Below are positions 63,900-64,000 of a stretch of DNA of 64,000 bases, in pieces. How positions within the stretch are numbered: the stretch's first letter is position 1; every line of letters begins with the position of its first letter. The stretch lies in assembly GCA_963924565.1 (NCBI GenBank), contig OZ004607.1, positions 36,642,001-36,706,000 of the forward strand. The letters run 5' to 3'. Position numbers and translations under genes: made by a program. The stretch is from Ascidiella aspersa. Lineage: Eukaryota. The notes beneath the pieces are model-generated. The model was not told the origin of the DNA, ran no database searches, and worked only from the letters and a program-made list of their open reading frames with translations.

Positions 63900-64000
63900 C
63901 TTTACTTTAACCCCTTGCCCCATATTCACATGTCAACAACTGCACGATGTGGTGTTGCCAGAGATACGTGACAAACCGAAAGGCCTTCGGACTCAGCGTT

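Overview
AT-rich animal genomic DNA with GT-AG introns. The intron-containing NO66, the many short MITEs and the heavy TGACGTCA use suggest an invertebrate chordate such as an ascidian (inference). Two protein-coding genes, both on the + strand, can be rebuilt by hand: (1) the last four coding exons of the ribosomal oxygenase RIOX1/NO66 (1-2819); (2) a complete 19-coding-exon salt-inducible kinase of the SIK1/SIK2 type (41644-60972; 3054 nt CDS, 1017 aa) with kinase domain, UBA domain and all four canonical PKA sites. Between them is a ~39 kb stretch with no recognisable coding sequence, in which CpG-rich, CRE-bearing islands alternate with AT-rich, MITE-filled spacers (mostly hAT-type with 8-bp TSDs). 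The most striking signal is at least 22 perfect TGACGTCA (CRE) palindromes, against about 1 expected by chance. Eight lie inside SIK C-terminal coding exons, in both stop-free reading frames, and none inside the kinase-domain exons. Other points of interest: repeated local duplications that copy splice sites (one gives a candidate in-frame 60-nt cassette exon), a Cys at the SIK gatekeeper position, an unpaired splice acceptor before the ATG, a tRNA-like Pol III unit in intron 10, and a 42-bp minisatellite with 84-bp higher-order structure. No CRISPR array, rRNA or intact transposase was found. Apart from those overlapping these exons, the supplied ORFs appear spurious. All counts and alignments were made by eye.
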